This document shows, piece by piece, positions 25,221-37,160 of a stretch of 54,418 nt of DNA (position 1 is its first letter; the number at the start of each line of letters is the position of its first letter). This DNA comes from Chiloscyllium plagiosum. Its lineage: Eukaryota. The position numbers and the translations under genes were made by a program. The stretch lies in contig NC_057718.1 in NCBI RefSeq assembly GCF_004010195.1, positions 4,960,321 to 5,014,738 on the forward strand, read 5' to 3'. Below the pieces are notes generated by a model. That model ran no database searches and was not told where the DNA came from. It was given only the letters and a program-made list of their open reading frames with translations.

Positions 25221-25691
25221 CTTTGTTACCAACACAGCCACTTTCTTTTGGACTAATCATGGTGGATAAAAAATTACCAGGGACAGGAATCCCTCTTAAA
25301 ATCATTAATCATTTCAAACACTGCCTCAGGGTAGAGTGAGCCAGAGCATTTTTGATGTTTCACAACCTTCCCTGTCAGAATTGAACCTATTATCTGGGAG
25401 TGGAAAGGGAGGGTTACCTCACCCCAAGGTCAGTGACTCACTGTCCTCAGGTGTTTAATTGAAGTTGATGGATTTTCTCTCCCTCTCTCATTGCTTAAAC
25501 TCATTTTGGCGTCGGTTTCAAGCACTTTATCTAAAATAAATTTTAATGAGCTCAGCTGGAAAATCCCTGAGCAGCTTGGTGCGTGGGATGTGTGATTTTA
25601 AGGGAAAGGGGATCACACATTGCAGCGAGTGTGGGTGTGTGACTGTCAGGTAGGCCTGGCAACTGAGTGCATGCACATTTACTGTTTTTAG

Positions 25692-25796
25692 CATTTTCCC
25701 GACATCCGGGATCGCTATCACATGAAGGAGGTGTTTCAGCAACCCAGCTGTCTGCTGTACAACAAAAATATCTACCACGGGGTTCAGAACCAATAA
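25692..25796 (+). other. Possible exon (HFPDIRDRYHMKEVFQQPSCLLYNKNIYHGVQNQ*), unassigned
   Basis: tttactgtttttag acceptor, GC3-rich codons and retained CpGs in non-repeat DNA. No recognised homolog. Confidence 0.2.
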
Positions 25797-25984
25797 TTAA
25801 AATCTGGTCTCAGAGTAAAAAATACATGATAAACAGCAGGGTGCAATGGTAGACCTCTTGGTTAACTGCCTGTGTACATAGATCACTGCAGACTTGCTGA
25901 TATTGTTATACGATGTATGCAACAAGGTATTCTGAATGGAAGGTGCATCCTCAATATGACGATGCCACTGTTGAACAAAGTGCC

Positions 25985-26742
25985 TCTACATGGGGACACC
26001 ACTCCCTGCTAGTCTCCTGTCCAAGCCACTCACCGTCCTGACTTGGAAATGTATCGCTGTTCCTTCACTGTCACTGGGTCAAAATCCCGGAATTCTCTCC
26101 CTAAGAGCATTGTGGGTCAACTTACAGCACACAGACTGCTGCGGTTCAAGAAGGCACCTTCTCAAGGGCAACTGGGGACGTGCTATAAATGCCTTGAGTA
26201 TACTTAATGGACCAGACTCAACAGCCCTCTGCAGTTTAAGAATTCCACAGATTCACTACCCTCCGAGAGAAAAGACTCCCTCTCAGTTTTAAATGTGTGA
26301 CCCCTTATTCTGGGATGTTGGCCTCTAGACTGTTCCACAAGAGGGAATAATCTCCCCAGTCAATTTCCTGAAGAATCGTATATGTGTGAATAAGGTCTCC
26401 AGTGGGTACAGACCCGACCTACTCAACCTCATGCATAAGGCAATCCTTCCAAACCGTGATAGTTGAGTGAACCTTCTCCGGACTGCCTCCAATACCAGTC
26501 TACCTTTCCTCAGATAAGGGGCACAAAAATATTCACAGTATTCCAGCAGCGTTCTGACTTGTGCCTTGTTTAGTTTTAACAAAGCCTTCCTTGTTTTACA
26601 CTCCATTTCTTTTGAACAAAAGGTCAACATTCCATTTCACTCCCTATTAGCTGTTCAGCACACCATCTTCCATGATTCCTGGATTCAGACTCTCAAATCC
26701 TTCTGTTCTGTAGCTTTCTGCAGTCTTTCTCCATTTAAAGAC
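25985..26742. mobile_element. LINE 3' end (+, ~25985-26192) and CR1 fragment (-, ~26200-26742)
   Basis: gcggttcaagaaggca..ctcaagggcaac tail; minus-strand VRTLLEYCEYFCAPYLRK..LEAVRRRFT. Confidence 0.75.
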
Positions 26743-26755
26743 TCAGTAAAACCTG

Positions 26756-26964
26756 GAGAGTGTGGTGCTGGAAAAGCACAGCCAGTCAGGCAGCATCTGA
26801 GGAGCAGGAGAATCGATGTTTCGGGCATAAGCTGTTCATCAGGAATGAGTAAAGGGCTGACACCTGAATCGTCGATTCTTCTGCTCCTCAGATGCTGCCT
26901 AACCGGCTGTGCAACACCACACTCTTCGACTCTGATCTCCAGCATCTGTAGTCCTCACTTTCTC
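26756..26964. mobile_element. Fold-back PLE element, family A, 14-bp TSD
   Basis: TSD ctca(g/a)taaaacctg at 26742-26755 and 26965-26978. Confidence 0.9.
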
Positions 26965-27257
26965 CTCAATAAAACCTGCCAATGCTACAGAAATAATTGC
27001 CAACAAATTTAATCCCCACACAAGGAGGCAGCTTCATTGTCAGTGTATTAAGAGGGGAAATGCAAGTGGCTCAAGAAACAAGTTGATTAGAAACTGAGTA
27101 AAGGAGAGAAAGCCCAGTGAGAATTTGAGTTTGTCCTCACTTGAAGAAAACTATACTTTGTTTCCAACAGTCTCTGTTACAGTTGCAGCAGGAATGCTTC
27201 ACTTTCTTTTGGATTGCATATAAAGCAACCAGTTTTCTTTCGAGCATACTACTGACT

Positions 27258-27572
27258 GAGTCATAGAGTCATAGAGATGTACAGTGTGGAAACAGACCCT
27301 TCGGTCCGACCTGTCCATGCTGACCAGATATCCCAACCCAATCTAGTCCCACCTGCCATCACCCGGCCCATATCCCTCCAAACCCTTCCTATTCATATAC
27401 CCATCCAAATGCCTTTTAAATGTTGCAATTGTACCAGCCTCCACCACTTCTTCTGGCAGCTCATTCCAGACACGTACCACCCTCTGTGTGAAAAAGTTGC
27501 CCCATGGGTCTCTCTTATATTTTGCCCCTCTCACCCTAAACCTATGCCCTCTAGTTCCGGACTCCCCAACCC
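27258..27572 (-). mobile_element. HER1 LINE 3' fragment
   Basis: GNFFTQRVVRVWNELPEEVVEAGTIATFKRHLD peptide and tail. Confidence 0.93.
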
Positions 27573-27800
27573 CATATTTAGTTTGAATCCTATGTCAGAC
27601 TGCACTGGCAGCATTGTGCACCATTTCAGTCTCCACGTTTGAAGGGGCATTTATGAAGATACACAAAGAGTCACAGAAATGTCATGGCAAACAAGTACTT
27701 GTAAAGTCACAATATCATTATGGCACAGGCCAAAATGCCCAGAAGCAGAAACAGGTCATCCAGCCCATCAAGTCTGCCATGCATTGAACAAGATCATTAC

Positions 27801-28680
27801 TTTGATTTGATTTGATTTAATTTGATTCATTGTTGTCACATGTACCTAAATACAGTGAAAATTTTGTTTTGCAAGCAGTACAGACAGATCATAACATACA
27901 AGGACATACATGATGTTGAGACAGAGCAAGGCGTACAAGGTTATGACTGCACAGGAAGTGCACAAAAGCAAGTTCAATATTAGATTTGAAGTTAGGAAGT
28001 CCATTCATTAGTCTAATAATGGCAGGGAATGTGTGTGTGTGTGTGTGTGTGTGTGTGTCTGTATCTTCTGTGTGATGGAAGAGGCTGTAGGAGATCATTA
28101 TCAGGGTGGGAGGGGTCTTTGATGATGTTGGCAGCCTTTCCACAGCAACAAGAAGCGTGAATGGGAGGTTGGCCTCCGTGATGGTCTGGGCTATGCACAC
28201 CACATTCTCTAGTTTCTTACGGTCCTGGGCAGAGCAGTTGCTGTACCAGGCCATTATATACCTGGACAGTATGCTCTCAATGGTGCATCTGTAGGAGTTG
28301 GTGAAGGTCCTTATGGACCTGCCAAATTTCTTAAGCCGCCAGAGCAAGAAGAGGCGTTGTTGCGCCTTCTTGACCGTCGCATCTACATGGAAAGTCCAGG
28401 AGAGGTTGTCTGTTATTGTCACTCCAAGGAACTTGACACTCTCCACCCTCTCTGCCTCAGCTTTGTTGATGTAATTAGGAGTGTGTCCTCCTTCTTTCTT
28501 CCTGAAGTTAATGATCAATTCTTTTGTTTTGCCAACATTGAGAGAGCAATTGTTATCATTGCGCCATGATGCCAAGCCCTCTATCTCCTTCCTGTATTCT
28601 GACTCATCGTTGTTTGGTATCCAGCCTACAATGATGGTGTTATCAGTGAACTTGTCAATGGTCTTTATACAGAATCTGGC
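27801..28680 (-). mobile_element. Rex1/Babar-like LINE RT C-terminus + (AAATC)n tail, with internal (TG)n
   Basis: KFTDNTIIVG..SLNVGKTKELIINFRK..KFLGVTITDNLSW..KKAQQRLFLLWRLKKFG. Confidence 0.88.
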
Positions 28681-29169
28681 AGGGTCAAAGTTCAGGCCTG
28701 GGCTAGGCAGGCCTCCTTGGGTCGAGTCGCTGTAGGGGCCGGTTTCGTTTTAGGTCCGGTTGGATCTCCATGGGGTCAGGTTGCTGCAGGGTCAGAGTTT
28801 GGGCCTCAGCTCCAGGTTTTCTCATGGGGCCTACGGAAAGCTGGTAGGCAAATCCAGCATCGGTAGTACTCAGGTCTGGACGTTCATAGGATTTTCAGAC
28901 CTGTCAGTAGATTTAATAGAACATAATTAGTTATTTTTACAGACTTAGAATTGAGGTTTAAAAGAGCAGAATAGTTGTAAGAAATGTAAGATTGAGATCA
29001 ATGCCATTTTCTTGCCTTTTTCCCATTACCCATGATTCCTTTACAGATTAAAAATCTACCTCAGACAGGAGGAAGCCATTGAGTGCATTCCCGTTCTCTG
29101 TAGAACATTCCGGTCAGTCCCATTCCTCCTCTTTCTCTCGAGTGTGCTCCAATTTCCTGTTGACCATTT

Positions 29170-29333
29170 CCACTCCTTGCTCAAGTTGATTTCACCTAGT
29201 GCAATGTAAACCCTGTGTGTCTCTTTTTGATCTTTTTGATCTGATCATCCTTACTTACTACAATCTGCTTGTACTGCTCGTAAACAAAGCTTTTTACTGT
29301 ACCTTGGTACATGTGGCAATCAATCAATCAATC
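29170..29333 (+). mobile_element. Rex1/Babar-like 3' end
   Basis: aaacaaagctttttactgtaccttggtacatgtggcaat(caat)n, the reverse of the 27801 tail. Confidence 0.7.
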
Positions 29334-29789
29334 AGGCCCCTAGTTTCTCCAACCCTGGACCGTGTTGGAGATAACTCTTCGTACCAGAGACCACTCCCAT
29401 AAATCTCCTTAATGTTCTCCTGAGCATCTTCACAGCCTTTCTGAAGTGTGGCCACCGTCACAAGATGGGGCTTCTCTGGACAGAAGAAAATTGTAAACAC
29501 TGATCTGAAGCCATGATTAATTGGCGGAGTGGACTTGATGGGCCGAATGGCCTTGTTTCCACTCCTATGCCTTATGGTCTTATGATTTAGCATTTTGTGG
29601 AGAGGTCTGATATGGTAGATGGAGCGAAGATATGTTACTTGTAAGCAGTCCACCAACAAGGGCCGTGAATATCAGATAGACAGTAATAAATCTGAAAAGC
29701 AATTCCAGAGAAATTTCTTTCTTCAGACGGTGGTCAGCGTGTGGGAGTTGCTCCTGTAGGGAGTGGTTCTGGTGAATAGTGGGCAAGTT

Positions 29790-30088
29790 GACAACCAAGG
29801 ACCGCAGTCAAAGGGTATTGGGTAAACCATTTAGGAGTGAGATAAGGAGAAATGTACTCACCAGGAGAATGGTGAGCCAGTGGAGTTCACTACCACAGAA
29901 AACGGTCAAGGCCAAAACATTGTATGATTTCAGGAAGGAGCTGGATATAGCACTTGGGGCTAAAGGGATCAAAGGATATGGGGAGAAAGCAGGAACAGGC
30001 TATTGAATTGGATGATCAGCCAGAGCAGGCTCAAAGGGCTGAATGGCCTACTCCTGCTTCTATCTTCGATGTTTCTACGTTTCTATGA
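29790..30088 (+). mobile_element. CR1 LINE 3' end
   Basis: GKPFRSEIRRN..WSSLPQKTV..GIKGYGEKAG peptide and gtttctatg tail. Confidence 0.85.
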
Positions 30089-30339
30089 ATCTCTTCTTCG
30101 AAAACATCTGAACGAGCAGATCAGGGAGAAAAGGTTGAAGTTATAGCAACAACAAACCACTGCAGATGCTGGAAATCTGAAGTTGAACAGAGAAATACTC
30201 AGCAGGTCTAATAGCATTGGAGAGGATAGTAGCAGAGTCAATGGATCGAATGGGTTAAGGCTCAGAATTTCATGCTGCTGTCCAGCTCAAACTAGCCCTG
30301 GGAAGGAAAATTGGTAAAACATGGAAAAGCCGAGTACTG

Positions 30340-31590
30340 GATAGACTGGGGCTTTTTACCTCTGGAGCATCGGAGGCTTAGGGGGGATCTTATAGACGTT
30401 TATAAAGTCACGGATAGAGGCATGGTTAGGGTGAATAGCCAAGGTCTTTTTCCAAATGAAGGGGAGTCCAAAGCTAGATGGCGTAGAGTCATAGAGACAT
30501 ACAGCACAGAAATAAACCCTTCGGTCCAGCTTGTCCATGCCGACCAGATATCCGAACACAATCCAGTCCCACCTGGACTGCCAGCACCTGGTCATTATCC
30601 CTCTAAACCCTTCCTATTCATCCACCCATTCAGATGCCTTTTAAGTGTTGTAATTGTACCAGCCTCCACCACTTCCTCTGGCAGCTCATTCCATACACAT
30701 ACCACCCTCTGCGTGAAAAATTTGCCCCTTAGGTCTCTTTTATATCTTTCCCCTCTCACCCTAAACCTATGCCCTCTAGTTCTGGATTCCCCCACCCCAG
30801 GGAAAAGACCATGTCCCTCATGATTTTATAAACCTCTTTAAGGTCATCCCTCAGCTTCTGACGCTCCAGGGAGAACAGGTCCAGCCTGTTCAGCCTCTCC
30901 CTATAGCTCAAACCTCCAACCTTGTCAACATCCTTTTAAATCTTTTCTGAACCCTTTCAAGTTTCACAACATCTTTCCGATAGGAAGGAGACCAGAATTG
31001 CACACAATATTCCAAAAGTGGCCCAACCAATGTCCTGTACAGCTGCAACATGACCCTCCAACTCCTGTACTCAGTACCCTGGCCAGTAAAGGAAAGCATA
31101 CCAAACACCTTCTTCACTATCCTATCTACCTGTGACTCTACTTTCAAGGACTATGAACCTGCACTTTAAGATCTCTTTGTTCAGCAACACTCCCTGGGAA
31201 CTTTCCATTAAGTGTGTAAGTCCTGTTAAGATCTGCCACTCCTCAGCCCATCTGATCAAAATCCCATTGTAATCCGAGGTAAACGTCTTCGCTGTCCACT
31301 ACACCTCCAATTTTCAACTATACCTCTTATGCTCATAGGTTTAATGTGGATGCAAGGGAAAGCTTTAAAAGGGACATGGGGAGTAAATGTTTCACTCAGA
31401 GGGTGGTGCATGGTTGAAATGAGCTGCCAGAGGAAGTGATGGAGGCTGGTACAGTAATAGCATTTAAAAGGCATCTAGATGGGTACCTGAATAGGAAGGG
31501 ACTAGAGGGATATGGGCCAAGTGCTGGCAAATGGGATTAAGTTAGATTGGGATGTCTGCTCGGTGCGAATGAGTTGGATTGTAGGAGTCT
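30340..31590. mobile_element. HER1 (+) split by an antisense HER1 (30485-31330)
   Basis: The plus copy breaks at ctagatggcgtag and resumes at cataggttta; the minus copy between has its own tail. Confidence 0.88.
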
Positions 31591-32426
31591 ATAGTCCAAA
31601 CTGGTCTTGCACAACTTAGATTTTAATTCAAGTATCAATCATTTCCAGGGTTTGCAGTATTTATTTCATCTCGCAAGCAAGTAGCCAACTGCCCAGAAAG
31701 AAAACCAAACAGAAAAACTTGTGAATGACTCATACCCAACTTGACTACCTCCAAGTAGAGCTTTGGTGCAATCAGTGTATTCATTTCCCAGTATAACTGT
31801 GGAAAGGACCCTGTCAAGGTGTAAGGGCAAGTGTGGGAGGCTGCCTGAGATTCACCACCAACCATGGCCTCTTGTAAATGGAGACAGCCTTCCAGCAGCA
31901 GACTGGGAGCCCTGGGCTCGAGGCAGGTTTAGTGACTCCATCCCTGCCAGCATGGGTTCAACAGCAGCCACTAGTCACCTCCAGCTCATCACCACCTTCT
32001 CAAGGGGCAACTAGGGATGGGTAATAAAGGCTGGTCAAATTAAAAACAGGAATAACCATATTGAGTTTGTGGTTTTGAATTCAATAAAATGACTGGGAAG
32101 CTGTCAGATTGCCATAAAAACCCAATGGTGTCCCATTAAGGAAGGAAACCTGGCATCCATACCTGACCTGGGCTTATAGGTGACTCCAGCCCCACACCAA
32201 TGTGGTTGGTTCTTGAGTCAGTTTGTAAGACAGCCTGTTGTGCAGAGTCTGCTACGTACGGTCCAAGAAAATTAGAGCCAATTGTTTCCTGAGGACAAGA
32301 AGGGATGGACAATAAATTCCAGGTCTCACTGAGTGCCCAGCTAGGTGTCCCAAACAATGAGTTGAAATTCTGAATCCTGAATTTAAATTCCCATAAAATG
32401 GATAAAAATTCAGTTCACTCAGTTAC

Positions 32427-32515
32427 CACGTGTATCTGCTGACTAAGCAAACAAGTAGAAAGAAGATGTTTGAGGTGACAGAACAGAGAACAGATCCAGC
32501 GGCCTGAGTCATGTT
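32427..32515. promoter_or_regulatory. Candidate enhancer (E-box, MARE/ARE, FOX, AP-1)
   Basis: cacgtg at 32427, tgctgactaagca at 32437-32449 overlapping gcaaaca, tgagtca at 32505. Confidence 0.35.
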
Positions 32516-32827
32516 AGCTGAGTAGCCAAAGGCAGGTTAACTGCAGCTTGTCATCGCAGTCTCTGTGAGGTATTGGCAGGCTCAAAGACTGATGTTGGTG
32601 TGAGATTGTGCCCAATTCAGCTGACTGCGAACTCCTAACATTTTCACTTTCTTGTTTCACACTGTACTTTCTGTTTTGTTGTTTCATCAAGTTGTTGCTT
32701 TGTGGAGTGCTGTGGGAATTGCTGCCTTAATGTGGATCAACATCTGAACCCTTGTGAATGCCAATTTGCTCTAACACAGTTGACAAATTGGAAACACTTT
32801 TTCTGTAGCTCAAACGTTTAAAGAATG

Positions 32828-32930
32828 TACAGAGGAACCTCGATTACCCGGCATTTGCTTCTCCGAATATCGGATTATCCGGCAGGATTGCAAGGTCCCG
32901 ATGTTTGGCTGAACTATGTTAACATTTGAT
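32828..32930 (+). mobile_element. Tigger/pogo-like DNA transposon terminus
   Basis: ta|cagaggaacctcgattacccg followed by ttatccg-type subterminal repeats. Confidence 0.55.
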
Positions 32931-32931
32931 T

Positions 32932-33390
32932 GTTGAGAAGTGTGATGCTGGAAACGCACAGGTGGTCAGGTAGCATCTGAGGAGCAGGAGAGTCAACTTT
33001 GCGAGCATAAGCTCTTCAACAGGAATGAGCCTGCTCTCCTGTTCCTCAGATGCTGCCTGACTGGTTTTGCTTTTCCAGCACCATACTCATTGACTCTGAT
33101 CTCCAGCGTTTGCAGTCCACACTTTCTTCAGGTTTATTTGAAATCACAAGCTTTTTGTGCACAGCCCCTTCAGCAGATGAAGTGAGAGGGAAGCACACAG
33201 ACACAGGATTTATGGCATTTTACTCACACAGTCTGACACTTTTGATCACCTGTAGAGACTTATTATTCAACACTCCACTCACACTATTTGTCTGATTTTT
33301 GATCTCTCTGCCTTTGACCTCTATGCCCATGAATTCTGTGACTGTGTGTTTCTCTCACACTTCACCTGATGATAGGGTTACACTCTGAAA
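32932..33390. mobile_element. Two abutting fold-back PLE elements (family A 32932-33128; family B 33129-33390)
   Basis: Each has inverted arms. Family B hammerhead tcac-ctgatga-t-agggttacactct-gaaagctt-gtga at 33362-33398; the right arm runs on to ~33450. Confidence 0.8.
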
Positions 33391-33665
33391 GCTTGTGATT
33401 TTAAATAAACCTTTTGGACAAATACCTGGTGTTCTGTGACTTCTGACTTTATGAAGAGTACAGTAAGGGGCTGAGTACGCAACCTTGTGGGGCACCAGTG
33501 TTGAGGATTATGGTGGAGGAGGTGCTGTCACCTATACTTGCTGATTACGGTTTGTGGGTCAGGAAGTTGAGCATCTAGTTACAAAGGGGACAGCGAAGAT
33601 CTCGGTCTTGGAATCTGGTGATGATTTTTGAATTATGGTGTTGAAGGCGGAACGGTAGTCAATAT

Positions 33666-34307
33666 TAGTGAGTTTTGGGAAGATTTGTAACTCAGGTTGA
33701 GGTTTTGGATGTAAGTTTGCTTGCTGAGCTGGCAAGTCTGTTTTCAGACGTTTCGTCACTATACTAGGTAATATCATCAGTGAGCCTCCAGTGAAGCACT
33801 GGTGGTATGGACTGCTTTTTATTTATGTGTATAGATTTGCTTGGGCTGGTGATGTCATTTCCTGTGGTGATGTCATTTCCTGTGGTGATGTCATTTCCTG
33901 GTGGCCCCCCAGACCATTACCATTGCTCCCGGACCCCCATAGCGTTACTACCGTTCCCAGACCATAGTGTCATTTCCTGTGGTGAAAACACATACATCCT
34001 AGGACAAACCAACAGAGACATGCACTAGAATTCCTAGAAGCATGGCACTCCAACCGGAACTCTATCAACAAACACATTGACTTGGATCCCATTTTCCACC
34101 CCCTGTGAAAAACAACCGGAAATTACATTAGCACAGGAAATGACATCATAGGAAATGATATCACCAACCCAAGCAAACGTAAACACATAAATAGAAAGCA
34201 GGCCATACCACCAGTGCTTCGTCAGAGGCTCACTGATTATGTTATCTAGTATGGTGACAAAACGTCTGAAAATGAACCTTCCAATTCAGCGAGCAAACTT
34301 ACATCCT
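33666..34307. mobile_element. Fold-back Penelope-like element, family C, with GIY-YIG C-terminal remnant and 11-bp TSD
   Basis: ~200-bp inverted arms. Spacer encodes NTYILGQTNR..EFLEAWHSNRNSINKHIDLDPIF. TSD gtagtcaatat at 33655-33665 and 34308-34318. Confidence 0.9.
33744..33783 (-). ncRNA. Minimal type I hammerhead ribozyme motif (family C)
   Basis: uca-CUGAUGA-stem II-GAAACGUC-uga. The first stem II pair is mutated. Confidence 0.65.
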
Positions 34308-34809
34308 GTAGTCAATATGTAGGAGCCTGATGTAGGTGTCCTTGTTATCCAGATGTTCCAGGGATGAGTGTAGGACCAGAGAAATGGGGTATGCTGTCGA
34401 CCTGTTGCACCAGTAGGTGAATTGCAAATGATCAAGGTGGGCTGGGAGGCTGGAGTTGGTATGAGCCATGACAAACCTCTTTAAGCACTTCATAATGACA
34501 GAGGTCAGAGCCACTGGGCAGTAGTCATTACGGCACGCTACCTGATATTTCTTTGGGCCTGGGATAATGGTGGCCTTCTTGAAGCAGGTAGGAACCTTAC
34601 ATTGAAGTAAAGAAAGGTTAAAGCCAGTAGTCCCACCAGCTGAATTGGATTGAATTGAATTAGCTTTATCGTCACATTTCACAAATGAGTGCAGTGAGAA
34701 GTTTATAGATCACCACTGACAGCACCATCTTAGGTACAGAGTACCTCAGTACAATCCCTAAGTTACTGACCAGAGAATAAAAGTTACATTACAGATATAA
34801 ACAGTATAA

Positions 34810-34965
34810 CCAGACCACTACCACTGCTCCCGGACCTCCATAGTGTTACCACTACTCCTGGACCCCCTGAGCACTAGCACCTCTCCCAGCTCAGAGCACC
34901 ACCACTGCTCCCAGACCCCCAGAGCGCTACCACCAATCCTGGATCCTCTTAAGCAGTACCACCAT
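34810..34965. repeat. Degenerate ~28-bp minisatellite (accactgctcccggaccccc..agcgct)
   Basis: About five imperfect tandem units. Confidence 0.7.
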
Positions 34966-35455
34966 TCCTCACTGGGCCAGTGGTCACTGGAATCCCACGC
35001 CAGCTGATGGTATCTGCACCAACTGCTTCGGAAGCTGGGGGCGGGTTGCCCGAGGATGAAGGAAGGTTGGAGAGAGGGAGAAAATAGGGATCTGAGTACA
35101 CAGCTGAGGACTCAATCTGGGCAGTTAATTTCCATGGGTTCACTCTCAAGAGGTCTCTGCTAGGCCCAGCATGCATTGCCCATCCCTAATTACCCAGAGG
35201 GCAGTTGGGAACCAACCACTTTGCTGTGGGTCTGGAGTCACATATGGGCAAGGATAGCAGTTCCCTTCCTTAAAGGACAGTAATGAACGAGATAGGTTTT
35301 TCTGACAATTGACAATGAATTCATGGTCATTGTTAGATTCTTAATTCCAGATTTTTATGGCAGGATTTGAACCCGTGTACCCAGATGGTGAGTGGCTTGG
35401 AGGGGAAAATAGTCTTACCAGTGTTAAAAAAAGAGTGACACAATTTTTCTAAATT

Positions 35456-37160
35456 TCAAAACGTGTGAATCTCACAGAGAAGCAGAAAGGGCACTGGTCA
35501 TATTTATTGTTAAACAAAGTGCGAGAAGGAGGCAAAAATGGTGTGAGGGAACAGTATCTTTCTCATTGGAGGAAACAAAATGCAGAATTTCTTCATTTTA
35601 GACAGTTCAATAATTATTAAACACTATAAAATGTGTTTTAGCAGAAGTAGGAGGATAATTTTGAAATCGTTCAAAAGTTTTTCAACGTTAATCAACAGAA
35701 ATTAGAGGATTTCAGAAAATGCACGTTAAAGTTTTTAAAACTTTCATTAAAAAAGTCCAAGCTTCTTAATAACAACTTAATTAGCACTGCACCTACAAGA
35801 TAAAGCAATTAAAAATAATTGCAACATTTGCAAGATTATATTTACAATTTTCTGAAGCAGTGATTATGCAAGCTGAATCATTGACTAGTGTATCCGGCTC
35901 CATTTACAAAAGTTTTCAAAATTCCTTCAACAGGTTTCAAGTAAATAATTTCATTAAGAGAGGTCACGGCATTTAAATACAATCACCATGGAGGAAGATA
36001 TTACACCTCCACGCAGATTTAAGATCACAGCTATTTCAGACAGGGAATGAAATCCGACTGAAAACGAAAGATGCTGGAGATCACAGCAGGTCAGGCAGCA
36101 TTCATGGAGAGAAAGCAAGCTCATGTTTCCATTTAGCATCAAGAAGAGTTCATGGGTCTTAGAAGAATGTTCATTGCACCCAAGAGGATACAGGCACCAG
36201 TAGAGGTTAACAATGTTGGTGTACACCAGCACTTCATGACTGAGAGATGAGAAGATACTACTGATCTCTCAGCTTTAGAGGATTTATTCAATTAACTTTC
36301 AACTTCAAATAAATTTTTGAAAGCTGATTACCAGACACATGCTTGACACCACAGCCAGCAGGACTTTGTGGTTGATTCTTGATACAGTAATTTCAGATGT
36401 TTAGAAGAAGCAGTACTAAAACAGCTCAGTCACCCTTACTGGCTAGGATTGACCCAGATCATATGATTATGTCATCCAAAATAAACAGACAGAAGATTAT
36501 GAGATCTACCACATTTCAATATCAAATGAAATTTACTTCTTTTCAGAAACACAGCAATCTTCCCTGACATGGTTTAAGAAAACGAAAGATTTTCTAAAGG
36601 AAATAAGTGTTCAGCAGTGACATCATGGTGGCTCAGTGGTTAGTGCTGCTGCCTCACAGCGCCAGGGACCAGGGTTCAATTCCAGCCTCGGGCAACTGTG
36701 TGGAGTTTGCACATCCTCCCCGTGTCTGCGTGCGTTTCCTCCGGGTGCTCTGGTTTCCTCCGACAGTCCAAAGATGTGCAGGTCAGGTGAATTGGCCATG
36801 CTAAATTGTCCATAGTGTTCAGGGATGTTTAGGTTAGGGGCATTAGTCAGGGGTAAATGTAGAGTAATAGGGTTAGAGGAATGGGTGTGGGTGGGTTTCT
36901 CTTCGGAGGGTCGGTGTGGACTTGTTGGGCCAAATGGCCTGTTTGCACACTGTAGGGATTCTATGATTCAATGCTGAAGAACCTCCTTTGCCAAAACCAT
37001 TTGAGAAATCAGCCCAACCGGAAAGCTAGTAAAGCAATGACCTGTTCTCAAGCAGCAGACTTTCAACACCAACCAAGTGGTCAGTCACTGATGAAGTCAG
37101 AAATGTGTGGGGAGGTGGATCAGTGGTAAACATACAATACTTTTTGAAAAAAAATTAGAA
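35456..37160 (+). pseudogene. Heavily decayed hAT transposase fossil (interrupted by PLE fragment and HE1 SINE)
   Basis: Collinear motif remnants across frames: HFRQF/LLNTIK, QKLEDFRKC, LISTAPTR*SN, LVYPAPF..IISL, LHPR, LTWFKK, DLFSSS, VTDEVRN..FLKKN. Confidence 0.5.
36618..36970 (+). mobile_element. HE1-type SINE (full length)
   Basis: A and B boxes, core and gtagggattctatga tail. Confidence 0.95.

Larger units (their letters stand above)
33450..34625 (-). mobile_element. Rex1/Babar-like RT fragment split by PLE insertion
   Basis: [39 protein letters not shown] | IDYRSAFNTI..PQGCVLSPLLYS. Confidence 0.88.

Noticed and set aside
25588..25625. Hairpin with atcacacattgc resembling miR-23
   Set aside because: The seed and the rest do not match miR-23, and the stem is too short for a pre-miRNA.
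35988..36050. Perfect-Kozak mini-ORF MEEDITPPRRFKITAISDRE
   Set aside because: No donor site, and it lies inside the putative hAT fossil.
36618..36690. tRNA-like A/B boxes
   Set aside because: These are SINE heads, not complete tRNA cloverleaves.
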